Source: Candidatus Limnocylindria bacterium (GTDB lineage Bacteria; Chloroflexota; Limnocylindria; QHBO01). From it: a stretch of 56,975 nt of DNA. The translations under genes and the position numbers were made by a program. The notes beneath the pieces were generated by a model. It worked only from the letters and a program-made list of their open reading frames with translations. It made no database searches and was not told where the DNA came from. How positions within the stretch are numbered: position 1 is the stretch's first letter; the number at the start of each line of letters is the position of its first letter. Shown here in pieces: positions 35,273 to 45,147 of the stretch. The stretch lies in NCBI GenBank assembly GCA_038253355.1, contig JBBSHF010000003.1:1-56975 (forward strand), written 5' to 3'.

Positions 35273-36127
35273 GTGAAGGTCGTCCACAGCATTGCCGACC
35301 TGCGCGCTGCGATCCTGGAGCGGCGCGTGGCCGGCGCCTCGGTCGGCTTCGTGCCGACCATGGGCTTCCTGCACGCCGGGCAGCTCTCGCTGGTGCGCCG
35401 CGCTCGCGACGAGAACGGCTGCGTGGTCGTCAGCAGCTTCGTCAACCCGACCGACTTTCGGATGCTCGACGAGGCCACCCGAACCCCGCGAAACACACAG
35501 CACGACCTGGCGCTGCTCGAGCAGGCTGCGACCGACATCGCATTCCTGCCGGAGGTCGCCACGATCTTCCTGCCCGACAATCGCACCCGCGTCACCGTCG
35601 AGGGACTCACCCGCCAGCTGGAGGGCGCCTCGCGGCCGGGCCATCTGGACGGGCTGACCACCGTGATGCTCAAGCTGATGCACCTGATCGGCCCCGCCCG
35701 CCTCTATCTCGGGCAGAAGCACGCGCAGCAGGTCGTCGTGCTGCGCCGCTTGCTACGGGACCTGTTCATGAACGTGGACCTGGTGGTCTGTCCCACCCTG
35801 CGGGCCGATGACGGCCTCGCCCTCTCGTCGGCCAACGCCCAGCTCTCCATCGAGGAGCGTCATGCGGCCGCCTGCCTGTACACCGCGCTGTCGGCGGCCC
35901 GCAAGGCCTATGACGCCGGTGAGCGATCGGCCGAGGTCCTTCGTGCGCGCATGACCGACGCGATCGCCGCTGAGCCGATGGCCCGCCCCGACTACATCAG
36001 CGTCGCCGACGCGCACAGCCTCGCGGAGCTGCAGCGCGTCAGCGGTCCGGCGCTTGCCCTGCTCGCGGTGTGGATCGGCGGGACCAGGCTCACCGACAAC
36101 CTGCCGCTGGCCTGGGACGTCGCATAG
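35273..36127 (+). CDS. panC: Pantoate-beta-alanine ligase homolog (divergent motifs)
   Basis: GFVPTMG, FVNP, LEG.SRPGH, DGLALSS and RLTDN. Confidence 0.88.
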   Translation: MKVVHSIADLRAAILERRVAGASVGFVPTMGFLHAGQLSLVRRARDENGCVVVSSFVNPTDFRMLDEATRTPRNTQHDLALLEQAATDIAFLPEVATIFLPDNRTRVTVEGLTRQLEGASRPGHLDGLTTVMLKLMHLIGPARLYLGQKHAQQVVVLRRLLRDLFMNVDLVVCPTLRADDGLALSSANAQLSIEERHAAACLYTALSAARKAYDAGERSAEVLRARMTDAIAAEPMARPDYISVADAHSLAELQRVSGPALALLAVWIGGTRLTDNLPLAWDVA

Positions 36128-36281
36128 CGCCAACGAAGGTACTAGTGCTCAACACACCTTGCTTCGTATGATTCGCGCGACGCCGGTCCGCCGGCGCCCA
36201 GGAGGCCGGCGAGTGCCCACGCCCGGCCTCCTTTCCTGTGTGTCCAGCTCCAGCTTGGCCGGAATCTGTCAACGTCCTTGG

Positions 36282-37379
36282 CTACAGGCGCGCCAGCAGT
36301 CCGTCCACGTCGAGCGCCTGTGCCACGAGGTCGATGATGGTCGAGATCTTCTCGGTGTCCGACGGGTGGGTCTTGACCAGGATGTCGTCGACCGCCTGCG
36401 CGGTGCGATAGGTGTCTGTCGCCACGAGGTAGGCGAACAGCTCCGCTGCGCGCAGCTCGGCGATCACCGGCTCTCCCGGGCGGAAGCCGCCGGTGAGCAC
36501 CACGCCGGTCACCTTCGGCTCATCGGCAGCCAGGCGGTTGGCCGCGACCGAGGCCAGGACCAGATCCTCGCGATCGCCGGGAGTGATGAGCAGCGTCCGG
36601 TCGTGCAGCAGGGACATGGCGTGGCCGGCCTGCATGGCGCCGATCGCCACCTCGCCGATGATCTGGCCGGGCGTCGGCTCGCCGCTCAGCAGCTCGCCGG
36701 AGAGATGAGTGGCGATCAGCTCCAGCGACGGGTTCGCCAGGAAGTCGCTGTACGGCAGACAGCCGAGAAGCTCCACGTCGTGCTGCGCCAGGCCGCGGCG
36801 CAGCACCTCGCGAAGCTCCGGCCGCGCGGCCACGTCCACCTTGTTGACGATGGCGCCCAGCACCCGCACGCCGTGCTGGGCGAAGAGCGCGCAGTTGAGC
36901 ACGATCTCGTCGATCGGCCGTCCCACGCCGCCCTCCGAGACGATGATCACCGGCGCGTCGAGCAGGGCGGCGGCACGCGCATTTGAAAGACCCACCACGG
37001 CGCCCACTCCGGCGTGCCCGGTTCCCTCGATGATGACCAGGTCCTTGTCGGCAGCGACGCTCCGGTAGGCATCGGTCACCTGCGAGTCCAGGTCGTCGTC
37101 GACGCGCCCCATCACGAAGTCGGTCGTGAAGTGGCGAGGAAGGGTCACGGGGCTCATGTCGTCGAGCGCATCGGACAGGCCGAAGACGTCGCGCACCAGC
37201 ACCGCGTCCTCATCGGCGCGGGTGCCGTCGACCACGAGATAACGCTGGCCCACCGGCTTGAGGAAGCCGAGTCGATGACCACGCTTCAGGATCGCGGCGA
37301 TCAGGCCCAGCGAGACGGTCGTCTTGCCGCGGTTCTGTCCGGTGGCCGCCAGGAAGATGCGCCGAGCGCGGTCGCTCAC
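36282..37379 (-). CDS. AAA_26 + DRTGG protein (Pta N-terminal-like)
   Basis: GKTTVSLG, KPVGQ, IEGTG, ITPGDRED and VLTGG. Confidence 0.9.
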   Translation of the reverse strand: MSDRARRIFLAATGQNRGKTTVSLGLIAAILKRGHRLGFLKPVGQRYLVVDGTRADEDAVLVRDVFGLSDALDDMSPVTLPRHFTTDFVMGRVDDDLDSQVTDAYRSVAADKDLVIIEGTGHAGVGAVVGLSNARAAALLDAPVIIVSEGGVGRPIDEIVLNCALFAQHGVRVLGAIVNKVDVAARPELREVLRRGLAQHDVELLGCLPYSDFLANPSLELIATHLSGELLSGEPTPGQIIGEVAIGAMQAGHAMSLLHDRTLLITPGDREDLVLASVAANRLAADEPKVTGVVLTGGFRPGEPVIAELRAAELFAYLVATDTYRTAQAVDDILVKTHPSDTEKISTIIDLVAQALDVDGLLARL

Positions 37380-37978
37380 CGCGACTTGGTGCGACGCTCG
37401 ACCAGCTCGACCCCTTCGCGCAGCCGCCCGACCAGCTCGGCGTCGATCATCTCCGGCGCCAGGTGCTCGCCGAGCCGTTCCATCATGTCGGCCGCCACGG
37501 CCAGCAGGACGTCGGCATCGGCGATGAAGAACTGCGGCTCGTTGTTGTAGCGCACCAGGGTCAGCCGGCCCTGCAGCGTGGTGCCACCCTCGGCGTGCGA
37601 CAGCTGGGTGCCGAAGTTATGGCCCTGGATCCCATCGGGGTTGTTGAGGAAGTTCAGCGCGTTGTCGATCGCCAGGCCGAAGCGCGCTCGCCACGAGACC
37701 AGTCGTTCATGGACCTCCGGCGGCAGACCGATGTCGCCGAGCTCCTCGAAGACCTCGCGCGTGACGGTCAGCAGGCCGACCAGCGTTGAGCCGGCGCGTG
37801 AGCCGAGCATGACCTGCAGCGAACGTTCGAGGGTGAAGACGTCCGAGTCGAAGCGGGGGCTGGTCGTCACCTCGGCCAGCAGGTCCTCGACGTTGTCGAG
37901 GGCGCCCGGATCGGCAAGCGCGTTCGACATGTTCAGGATCTCCTCCCGGAACAGGAATCGCTCCTCGTGATCGAGCAT
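37376..37978 (-). CDS. Hypothetical protein (200 aa)
   Basis: ATG at 37978 with SD AAAGGGA. GTGA coupling to the downstream gene. Confidence 0.75.
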   Translation of the reverse strand: MLDHEERFLFREEILNMSNALADPGALDNVEDLLAEVTTSPRFDSDVFTLERSLQVMLGSRAGSTLVGLLTVTREVFEELGDIGLPPEVHERLVSWRARFGLAIDNALNFLNNPDGIQGHNFGTQLSHAEGGTTLQGRLTLVRYNNEPQFFIADADVLLAVAADMMERLGEHLAPEMIDAELVGRLREGVELVERRTKSR

Positions 37979-38046
37979 GAGGCTGGTCCCTTTCAGGCGT
38001 CGGCGCCGAACGCCGACGCCTGCATCGGTCTTGGCGAAAGATGAGC

Positions 38047-39318
38047 CTAGGGGTAGAGGCCGCGCAGGCTGGTTGCCTCGGCGACGCGGGCCACGGCCAC
38101 CATGTACGCGGCGGTGCGCATTTTCACATCGCGATGCTCGCTCATGGCGTGGACCGACTCGAATGCGCGGTCCATGATGCCCTTCAGGCTCTCGTTGATG
38201 CGGTCCTCTGTCCAGAAGAACGACTGCATGTCCTGCACCCACTCGAAGTAGCTGACGGTCACGCCGCCGGCATTGCACAGGATGTCGGGAATCAGGAAGA
38301 CGCCCTTGTCGTGCAGGATCGCGTCGGCGTCGGGCGTGGTCGGGCCGTTGGCCGCCTCGGCCACGATGCGGGCCTTGACGTTGCCGGCGTTCTGACGGGT
38401 GATCTGGTTCTCGAGTGCCGCTGGAACCAGGATCTCGCAGTCGACCTCGAGCAGTTCGGCGTTGGTCACCTCGTCCGCGGCGGGGAAACCGGAGACCGTT
38501 CCGTGCTCGCGCTTCCAGGCGCTCACCTTGGCTGGGTCAAGACCGCGCGGATTATGGATGCCGCCGGTCGAGTCTGAGACGGCCACGATCACGCAGCCTT
38601 CCTGGCTCAGCAGGGTGGCGGCGATCGAGCCGGCGTTGCCGTAGCCCTGGATCGCGACGCGCGCCCCGGCCAGCGCCAGGTTGAGGACCTTGCTGGCCTG
38701 CTGCAGGGTGAAGACGGCACCGCGGGCGGTGGCCTCGTTGCGGCCCAACGACCCGCCGATGCTGATCGGCTTGCCGGTCACCACGCCGCTGATGGTGTAG
38801 CCGTGGTGCATTGAGAAGGTGTCCATGATCCAGGCCATCGTCTGGGCGTTGGTGTTGACGTCAGGGGCCGGGATGTCACGGTCGGGACCGATGAGCGGAC
38901 TGATCTCGGTCGCGAAGCGGCGCGTCAACCCTTCGAGCTCCTTGAGGGTCAGCTGCTTCGGGTCGACGATGACGCCGCCCTTGCCGCCGCCGAACGGAAT
39001 GTTGACCGTGGCGCACTTCCAGGTCATCCACATGGACAGCGCGCGCACCTCGTCGAGCGAGACGTCCTGGTGGTACCGAATGCCACCCTTGGCCGGCCCG
39101 CGGGAGACGTTGTGCTGCACGCGGTAGCCGGTGAAGACCTCGACGTGCCCGTCGCCCATGGTGACCGGGAAGTTGACGGTCAGCTCCCGCTTGGGGACGC
39201 GCAGCACGCGTCGCAGGCCCTCGTCGAGATCGAGCTTGTCGGCTGCCGCGTCGAATTGCTGCTGCGCGATCGACCAGATGTTGGGCGCCTGTTCCTTGAC
39301 CGGGTTCTGGCTGGCCAT
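38047..39318 (-). CDS. gdhA: Glutamate dehydrogenase (Glu/Leu/Phe/Val family)
   Basis: GPAKGGIRY, GGGKGG, PAPD, GYGNAG, EAANGP and NAGGV.VSYFEW. Confidence 0.95.
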   Translation of the reverse strand: MASQNPVKEQAPNIWSIAQQQFDAAADKLDLDEGLRRVLRVPKRELTVNFPVTMGDGHVEVFTGYRVQHNVSRGPAKGGIRYHQDVSLDEVRALSMWMTWKCATVNIPFGGGKGGVIVDPKQLTLKELEGLTRRFATEISPLIGPDRDIPAPDVNTNAQTMAWIMDTFSMHHGYTISGVVTGKPISIGGSLGRNEATARGAVFTLQQASKVLNLALAGARVAIQGYGNAGSIAATLLSQEGCVIVAVSDSTGGIHNPRGLDPAKVSAWKREHGTVSGFPAADEVTNAELLEVDCEILVPAALENQITRQNAGNVKARIVAEAANGPTTPDADAILHDKGVFLIPDILCNAGGVTVSYFEWVQDMQSFFWTEDRINESLKGIMDRAFESVHAMSEHRDVKMRTAAYMVAVARVAEATSLRGLYP

Positions 39319-39476
39319 CGGCTGTTGAAATGCCTCCTGTGTTGGTGGCGGTCCGGCGCCTCTGCACGCCATCTCAGGCGGAAGCTGGCCAGTAATCGCG
39401 AGTAGCGAACCGATTATACGGTCGCTCACCCCTGCCGCTCGCATTCCCCGTGCCGGGGCCGAGGCTCAGCGCGCGC

Positions 39477-40658
39477 TCAGCTGAGCTCCACCGCGAGTGC
39501 CACCGCTCCTCCGCCGCCCAGACACAGAGTCGCCAGGCCCCTGCGCCCGCCGCGATGTCTCAACGCATAGAGCAGCGTGGTCAGGACTCGTGCACCCGAT
39601 GCACCGATGGGGTGGCCAAGCGCGATGGCACCGCCGTTGACGTTGACCTTGTCCCAGTCGAAGCCGAGCTCGTTGCCATCGGCCAGCACCTGCGCGGCGA
39701 AGGCCTCGTTGATCTCGATCAGGTCGAAATCAACGATGCTCATGCCAAGCTTGTCGAGCAGGCGCCGGACGCCGTGGATCGGGGCCTCGAAGAGCCACTC
39801 CGGCGCCACGTCCGCCTGCGCGTAGCCGGTGATCCTGGCCATGGGACGCAGGCTGTCGCGGTCGAGCACGGCTTCGCTGGCCAGCACCAGCGCGGCCGCC
39901 CCGTCGGTGATCCCCGGGGCGTTGCCCGCGGTCACCGTGCCTCCGTCCGGCTGAAAGGCCGGCTTCAGGCGGGCGAGTGCCTCGGCGCTGGTGTCGGCGC
40001 GCGGTCCCTCATCACGGCTCACCATGGTCGAGCCCTTCTTGCCTGGCACCTCTACCGGCACGATCTCGTCGTCGAAGGCGCCGCTCTGCTGGGCAGCCAG
40101 CGCACGCCGGTGCGACTGCAGCGCAAACGCATCCTGCGCCTCGCGAGTGATGCCGTGCTTGCCGGCCACGCGCTCGGCGTGCAGGCCCATGTGCACGTCG
40201 CAGCTGGAGCACCACAGTCCGTCATGAACAGTCGAGTCCACCACCTGCGCGTCGCCCAGCCGGTAGCCGGCTCGCGCACCTGGGAGCAGGTACGGCCCAA
40301 GGTTCATGCTCTCCATGCCTCCCGCGACGATCACCTCGGCGTCGCCGGCACGGATGGCCGCGCTGCCCATCATCACCGCCTTCAGGCCGGAGCCACAGAC
40401 CTTGTTGATGGTGGTCGCGCTGACGCCCTCCGGAAGGCCGGCCCTGAGGGCCGCCTGGCGGGCAGGCGCCTGGCCCACGCCGGCCTGCAGCACCTCGCCC
40501 ATGATCGCCTCGTCGACGCTCCCAGGCGCGATCCCGGCCCGCTCTATCGCGGCGCGGATGGCGACCGCGCCCAGCTCCGGCGCGGGCACGGTCGAAAGGC
40601 CGCCGCCGAACTTGCCGATGGGCGTACGGGCGGCGGAAAGGATGTATACGTCGTTCAT
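39477..40658 (-). CDS. Acetyl-CoA C-acetyltransferase (thiolase)
   Basis: [19 protein letters not shown] and CLGGG. Confidence 0.96.
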   Translation of the reverse strand: MNDVYILSAARTPIGKFGGGLSTVPAPELGAVAIRAAIERAGIAPGSVDEAIMGEVLQAGVGQAPARQAALRAGLPEGVSATTINKVCGSGLKAVMMGSAAIRAGDAEVIVAGGMESMNLGPYLLPGARAGYRLGDAQVVDSTVHDGLWCSSCDVHMGLHAERVAGKHGITREAQDAFALQSHRRALAAQQSGAFDDEIVPVEVPGKKGSTMVSRDEGPRADTSAEALARLKPAFQPDGGTVTAGNAPGITDGAAALVLASEAVLDRDSLRPMARITGYAQADVAPEWLFEAPIHGVRRLLDKLGMSIVDFDLIEINEAFAAQVLADGNELGFDWDKVNVNGGAIALGHPIGASGARVLTTLLYALRHRGGRRGLATLCLGGGGAVALAVELS

Positions 40659-40716
40659 GTCAGCCATGGTACTGCCAGACCGCTGCCGTGGACGCTGCTC
40701 ACCTCTGGCGGGCGGG

Positions 40717-40843
40717 CTGATGCACCACATGCATCGGGCCGAGCCTTTCGGGCTCGTCTGGCGCCGGCTGATGCACCGCACGCATCTGGCCGAGCATTTC
40801 GGGCTCGTCTGGCGCCGACTGATGCACCACATGCATCGGGCCG
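40717..40843. repeat. Array of 2.5 units of 51 bp with TGATGCA-N5-TGCATC palindromes
   Basis: Units start at 40717, 40768 and 40819. A second hairpin CGAGC..TTTC..GCTCG lies in each spacer. Confidence 0.92.
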
Positions 40844-40904
40844 CCGTTTGGTGCGCCAAGTGACATCGCCGCTGTGCGCGTGGCCGGGTCTCCAGCTCTT
40901 GATC

Positions 40905-42854
40905 TCAGTCGCTTGACTCCTGGTCGAACAGCTGCCGGATCTTCTCGGGCCAGTTGGCAAGCACAACGCGGTTCTTGGTCTTCATCGACGGCGTCAGCTC
41001 GCCATCCTCCTCGGTGAGCAGGCGGGGCAGCAGCGCCACCCGGCGCGGGCGCTCGAAGATGGCGAATCCGTCCAGCGTGCGTTTCACCTCCTGATCGAAC
41101 AGCTTCTGCACGCTGCGCTCCTCGATGAGCTGATCCGGCGGCATCTCGGCCATGCCATTGCCGGCGGCCCAGCGACCGAGCTCCTCGAAGTCGGGCGCGA
41201 GCAGCACGCCGGTGTACGGCCGCCGATCGCCCAGGATCACGGCCTGCGCGATGTAGCGCGAGGTTGACAGCGCGGCCTCCATCGGTGCCGGAGAGACGTT
41301 CTTGCCATTGGCCAGGACGATGATGTTCTTGAGCCGATCCGTGATGCGGATCCGCCCGCCGGAGTCGATCTCGCCGATGTCGCCGGTGTGGAACCAGCCG
41401 TCATGATCGATGGCCCGCGCCGTTTCCTCCGGCTGGTTGAGGTAGCCGAGCATGATCTGTGGACCGCGCACCCCGATCTCGCCGCTTCCCGCCTCGATGC
41501 GCACCTCGGTGTCCGGCGCGGGACGGCCGACCGTGCCAAAGACGATGTCATCTGGCCGGTTGATGGCGACGAAGGGCGACGTCTCGGTCAGGCCGTAACC
41601 CTCGAGGACGAGCATCCCCATGGCGTAGAAGAACTCGCCGATCTCGCGCGACAGTGGGGCCGAGCCGGAAACGAAGTAGCGCACCCGGCCGCCGGTCCGC
41701 GAGCGGATCTTGCCGAACACCAGCCGGTCAGCCAGGCCCAGCTGCGCCCTCAGCCACAACGAGTCGCCACGACCGGCGAGGTGGTTGGCATACTTCTGCC
41801 GACCGAGGCCGACGGCCCACTGAAAGATGCGCTGCCGCAGCTTCGGACCGGACTCGACCGTCGACATGACGCGCCCGTAGACGCGCTCGTACAGCCGTGG
41901 CACGGCGACCATCACGCTGGGACGCACCTCGATCATGTTAGCCGGCAGCCGCTCGATCAGCGGCTCGGCGTAGGCGATCGTGCAGCCGCGACCCATCGGC
42001 ACCACCATGCCCGCCACGCGCTCGTAGATGTGCGACAGCGGCAGCCACGAGAGAAAGATGTCCTCCGGCGTGAAGTCGACGCACTGCACCACGGCCTCGT
42101 AGTTGAAGACGAGGTTGCCGTGGCTGATCATCGCGCCCTTCGGGTTGCCGGTCGTCCCCGAGGTGTGGATGATGGTCGCCAGGCTGTCGCGGGTCAGCCT
42201 GCGCCAGCCCTCCTCCCACAGGCGCCGATGATCCGGATCGGTGGGCGCCAGCTCGAACACGTCATCGAGCGTGATCGTCCCCTCCGGCGTCTTGCCCCGG
42301 TCCTCGACGACCACCACCCGCTCCAGCGTCGGGCATTCTTCCCTGACCGATGCGATCTTGGCCGCCTGCTGCGCGTTCTCGACGAAGATCATTCTCGCGC
42401 CGACGTTCTTGATGATGAAGGCCGCCTGATTGGCCTCCGAGGAGGGGTAGATCGGGCAGGAGATTGCGCCGAGCGCCATGGTCGCCAGGTCGGCGACGAG
42501 CCAGACCGGTCGGGTCCGGCTGATGATGCACACCCGGTCGCCATCGCCGATGCCCAGCTGCTGCATCCCGAGCGAGACGTCGCGAATCCACTCCCAGGTT
42601 TCGCGGTAGGTCGTGCTGGTCCAGCTCATCGCCTGGGCCCCTGGCTCGCCACCGGTCATGCGACGTGACTTGGGCAGCTTCCAGCGCAGCGCCTCGCGCT
42701 CCGGCTGGCGCACGACGGTGCGATGCACCAGGTCGAGCAGGTTGGCCGCGCGCTCGTCGGCGGGGAGACGCAGCGGCTCGAATGGCGCCGCCTGAGCGGC
42801 GTGCACGGGGGCGCTGGTCTCGGCCTCGTCGGTGCGCTGGTGCATCGCGGTCAT
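40905..42854 (-). CDS. Long-chain fatty acid-CoA ligase
   Basis: HTSGTTGNPKG, EGYGLTE, WFHTGD and TPSMK. Confidence 0.94.
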   Translation of the reverse strand: MTAMHQRTDEAETSAPVHAAQAAPFEPLRLPADERAANLLDLVHRTVVRQPEREALRWKLPKSRRMTGGEPGAQAMSWTSTTYRETWEWIRDVSLGMQQLGIGDGDRVCIISRTRPVWLVADLATMALGAISCPIYPSSEANQAAFIIKNVGARMIFVENAQQAAKIASVREECPTLERVVVVEDRGKTPEGTITLDDVFELAPTDPDHRRLWEEGWRRLTRDSLATIIHTSGTTGNPKGAMISHGNLVFNYEAVVQCVDFTPEDIFLSWLPLSHIYERVAGMVVPMGRGCTIAYAEPLIERLPANMIEVRPSVMVAVPRLYERVYGRVMSTVESGPKLRQRIFQWAVGLGRQKYANHLAGRGDSLWLRAQLGLADRLVFGKIRSRTGGRVRYFVSGSAPLSREIGEFFYAMGMLVLEGYGLTETSPFVAINRPDDIVFGTVGRPAPDTEVRIEAGSGEIGVRGPQIMLGYLNQPEETARAIDHDGWFHTGDIGEIDSGGRIRITDRLKNIIVLANGKNVSPAPMEAALSTSRYIAQAVILGDRRPYTGVLLAPDFEELGRWAAGNGMAEMPPDQLIEERSVQKLFDQEVKRTLDGFAIFERPRRVALLPRLLTEEDGELTPSMKTKNRVVLANWPEKIRQLFDQESSD

Positions 42855-44038
42855 CGGCCCGGCCTGCGGCGCAGCCCGTCGAGCAGCTGCTGGGCAATGA
42901 TCAGCCGGTGGATCTGGTTGGTGCCTTCGTAGATCTGCGCGCCCTTCGCGTCACGCATCAGGCGCTCGACCGGGTTGTCGCGGCTGTAGCCCGCACCACC
43001 GTAGATCTGCACCGCATCGGTACTGGCACGCATCGCGACGTCGCTGGCGAACATCTTGGCCATGCTCGACGCGGCGTTGATCGGCTGGCCAGCATCGCGC
43101 AGCCGGGCCGCGCGCCAGGTAAGCAGACGTGCCGCTTCGACGCCGGTCGCCATGTCGGCGAGCATTGCCTGGATCATCTCCTGCTCGGCGATCGGCCGGC
43201 CGAACTGGGAGCGCGCCAGGGCGTAGCTGGCCGCGTGCTGCAGCGCCGAACGGGCGAGGCCGACGCAGGCCGCAGCGATCGAGATGCGACCGGAGCCGAG
43301 CGCGCTGAGCGCGACCTTGAGCCCGTCGCCCTCCTGGTGCAGCCGGTTGGCGGCGGGGACGCGCGCGTCGTCGAAGACGAGCTCCGCGGCGGTCGTGCCG
43401 CGAATTCCCATCTTGTGCTCCTTGCTGCCGATGCGGAATCCGGGCGTATCGTGCTCGACGACGAAGGCGGTGATCGCCTCCTTGCCTCGCGCGCGGTCGA
43501 CGGTGCCGAAGACGACGTATGTGTCGGCCTCGCCGGCGTTGCTGATCCAGATCTTGCTGCCGCTGAGCAGATAGTCGTCGCCGTCGCGCGTGGCGCGGAG
43601 CGCAATCGCCGACGCATCGGAGCCGGCCTGCGGCTCGGTGAGGGCGAAGGCGCCCAGCTCGCGGCCGGCAGTCATCCGCGGCACGAAGCGCTGCTTCTGC
43701 TCGTCGGTCCCGTTGGCGACGATGCACAGCTCGCTGAGGATGTGCACCGAGAGGCTGACGGCCATGCCCATGTCGGCCGCGGCGATCTCCTCGCAGGCGA
43801 GGATCCAGGCGAAGGTGCCCATCCCCGTCCCGCCGACCTCCTCCGGATACGGCAGCCCGGTGATGCCCAGCTCGCCGGCACGCTCGAAGAGGTGCCGGTC
43901 GTAGCGCTCCTCCTCGTCGCGCTCGGCGGCTCCGGGCGCGATCTCACGCTGGGCGAAGTCGCGCACCGTGTCGCGGACGCTGCGCTCCTCGGCGCTGAGG
44001 GCGAAGGGATCGCGGACGGCCGCGGTCGATTTGGCCAT
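42851..44038 (-). CDS. Acyl-CoA dehydrogenase
   Basis: FALTEPQAGSD, KIWISN, KMGIRG and IYEGTNQI. Confidence 0.96.
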   Translation of the reverse strand: MAKSTAAVRDPFALSAEERSVRDTVRDFAQREIAPGAAERDEEERYDRHLFERAGELGITGLPYPEEVGGTGMGTFAWILACEEIAAADMGMAVSLSVHILSELCIVANGTDEQKQRFVPRMTAGRELGAFALTEPQAGSDASAIALRATRDGDDYLLSGSKIWISNAGEADTYVVFGTVDRARGKEAITAFVVEHDTPGFRIGSKEHKMGIRGTTAAELVFDDARVPAANRLHQEGDGLKVALSALGSGRISIAAACVGLARSALQHAASYALARSQFGRPIAEQEMIQAMLADMATGVEAARLLTWRAARLRDAGQPINAASSMAKMFASDVAMRASTDAVQIYGGAGYSRDNPVERLMRDAKGAQIYEGTNQIHRLIIAQQLLDGLRRRPGR

Positions 44039-44910
44039 CAACCGATCTTGTTGCCCTGCTTGTCGTAGCGGTAGAAGCCGCGCCCGCTCTTGCGACCCAG
44101 GTGTCCGGCGGCGACCATCTGGCGCAGCAAGGGCGCGGCACGGAACTTCGGATCACCGAAGCCACGCTGCAGCACGTCCATGACGCCGAGCATCACGTCG
44201 TTGCCGATGAAGTCGGACAGCTCCAGCGGGCCCATCGGATGGTTGAGGCCCAGCTTCGCGCCGGTGTCGATATCCTCGGCCGTGCCCGTGCTCTCCATCA
44301 GCGCGAAGACCGCCTCATTGATGAACGGGCCGAGCATGCGGTTCACCAGGAAGCCTGGGTAGTCCTTGCTGTGGATCACCGTCTTGCCAAGCTCCGCGGC
44401 GAAGGCGGCCATGGCGGCGTGCGTCGCGTCATCGGTCTCCAGGCCGCGAATGATCTCGATCAGCTTCATGACCGGGACCGGCGAGAAGAAGTGCAGGCCA
44501 ATGAACTTCGCCGTGCGGTCGCTCGCCGTCGCCAGGCTGGTGATGCTGATGCTGCTGGTGTTGCTGGCGAAGATGGTCCGTGGGCTGGCGACCTTGCTCA
44601 GCCTTGCCCAGGTGTCGCGCTTGAGCGCCTCGTCCTCGAAGACCGCCTCGACGATCAGGTCCTGGTCCGCCGCGCCCTCGGCACCGATGGTCGTCGTGAT
44701 GCGGCCGAGGATCTCGTCCGCGGCCGCCCGCACGAGCTTGCCCTTGTCAACCTGGCGCTCCAGGTTGCCCGCGATGCGCTGCTTGCCCTTCTCGGCGAGC
44801 TCTGGCGTGCGGTCGGCGAGCGTGACCTGCTTGCCTGCCGCGGCGCTGACCTGCGCGATGCCGTGGCCCATCAGCCCCGCGCCGATGATGAAGACGCGTT
44901 CGATGCTCAT
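44038..44910 (-). CDS. hbd: 3-hydroxybutyryl-CoA dehydrogenase
   Basis: GAGLMG.GIAQ, SNTSS, HFFSP, PGFLVNR and HPMGP. Confidence 0.93.
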   Translation of the reverse strand: MSIERVFIIGAGLMGHGIAQVSAAAGKQVTLADRTPELAEKGKQRIAGNLERQVDKGKLVRAAADEILGRITTTIGAEGAADQDLIVEAVFEDEALKRDTWARLSKVASPRTIFASNTSSISITSLATASDRTAKFIGLHFFSPVPVMKLIEIIRGLETDDATHAAMAAFAAELGKTVIHSKDYPGFLVNRMLGPFINEAVFALMESTGTAEDIDTGAKLGLNHPMGPLELSDFIGNDVMLGVMDVLQRGFGDPKFRAAPLLRQMVAAGHLGRKSGRGFYRYDKQGNKIG

Positions 44911-44981
44911 CTCCCGAAAGCGTAGCAGGGCCCCGACGCGTTCTTCCGCCTTCCCGATGCATGGCGTCTCGATGCGGGCCG

Positions 44982-45102
44982 TGATGCATCCCGTGCATCA
45001 CACCACGCCGCGGCGATGATTCCGACAACGCCTCATGCACGGGACGCATCAGCGGCCGCTGGAGCACCGGCTCTGGCACGCAGTGATGCACCGGGTGCAT
45101 CA
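44982..45102. repeat. Three 19-bp TGATGCA-N5-TGCATCA palindromes separated by unique 32-bp spacers
   Basis: Repeats start at 44982, 45033 and 45084 (period 51 bp). Confidence 0.85.
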
Positions 45103-45147
45103 GGCCAGATGGGCGCTGCCCTCCGAAGCAGCGTGCGCGCCCGGCTC

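Noticed and set aside
44982-45102. Canonical CRISPR array
   Set aside because: Repeats are only 19 bp with variable centres, there are three units, and there is no cas gene or AT-rich leader. Kept as an unexplained repeat.
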